Shown: piece after piece, positions 63,818-64,000 of the stretch
Position numbering within the stretch: the stretch's first letter is position 1
How the letters are laid out: the number at the start of each line of letters is the position of its first letter
NCBI GenBank assembly: GCA_051744725.1
Contig: JBNJDI010000001.1
Span: 11,455-75,454 of the forward strand
Direction: 5' to 3'
Source of the DNA: Pseudomonadota bacterium
Lineage (GTDB): Bacteria; Pseudomonadota; Gammaproteobacteria; Pseudomonadales; Oleiphilaceae
DNA: 64,000 nucleotides
Position numbers and translations under genes: made by a program
Notes under the pieces: model-generated
The model's database searches: none
Seen by the model: the letters and a program-made list of their open reading frames with translations, nothing else
Told to the model about the DNA's origin: nothing

Positions 63818-64000
63818 TTACCGTGAATGTTTGGAATTCACTGAATAGACCCGGAACCGGCCATCATCCGAGAGTGTGCGCACCGGGCCGATGAAGCGCC
63901 CCATGGGCTCCTGGTACGGCAGGAAGGCGTTGGCGACCAGCCGCAGCTCAGCGCCCGGTTCCAGAAAGGCCGGCAGCTCACGGAACCACTGGTTGACCGG
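63818..64000 (-). CDS. rsmC: Class I SAM methyltransferase, RsmC-like C-terminus (partial)
   Basis: Hand translation ...FLEPGAELRLVANAFLPY...DDGRFRVYSVNSKHSR*. Confidence 0.75.
   Translation of the reverse strand, partial: PVNQWFRELPAFLEPGAELRLVANAFLPYQEPMGRFIGPVRTLSDDGRFRVYSVNSKHSR

Overview
A GC-rich stretch of gammaproteobacterial core chromosome. Gene order closely follows Pseudomonas/Marinobacter-type genomes, and many proteins are D/E-rich, which suggests a halophilic Marinobacter/Halospina-like organism (inference). Contents in order: 5' part of putA; tmk-mltG-pabC; acpP-fabG-fabD-plsX-rpmF-yceD; sppA-HAD-rluC with divergent rne; YecA, PHP, YciI, SH3 and PilZ genes; rraA, a degenerate alpha/beta-hydrolase, ppsA and ppsR; an M16 peptidase; a membrane protein, a PEGA-MORN protein, a tail-anchored response regulator and a QueD-like gene; tRNA-Glu, tRNA-Ala and gltX; an orphan ZnuA-like gene with a Zur box, then dusA, tal, DAHP synthase and GDPD; sthA, nqrM, nqrFEDCBA, gap, mfd, csiV, MTA/MTI phosphorylase, mscS, nagZ, an L,D-transpeptidase and psrA; a hypothetical gene, a CBS gene and riboflavin synthase; a split gcvT / XRE-cupin / gcvH-gcvP cluster; a helical hypothetical gene, msrA, aceA and the 3' end of rsmC. 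I saw no mobile element, CRISPR array, prophage or clear pseudogene. The best leads are: (1) a shared TTTCC-N4-GGAAA operator upstream of both gcv units flanking an XRE-cupin regulator; (2) a PEGA-MORN plus tail-anchored receiver module; (3) an esterase homologue lacking its catalytic residues; (4) a Zur-boxed, near-leaderless znuA-like gene running into dusA; (5) a 62-nt AU-rich hairpin after gcvP; (6) several missing neighbours in otherwise conserved operons (holB, fabF, maf, apbE, lexA-sulA). All annotation was done by eye without database searches.
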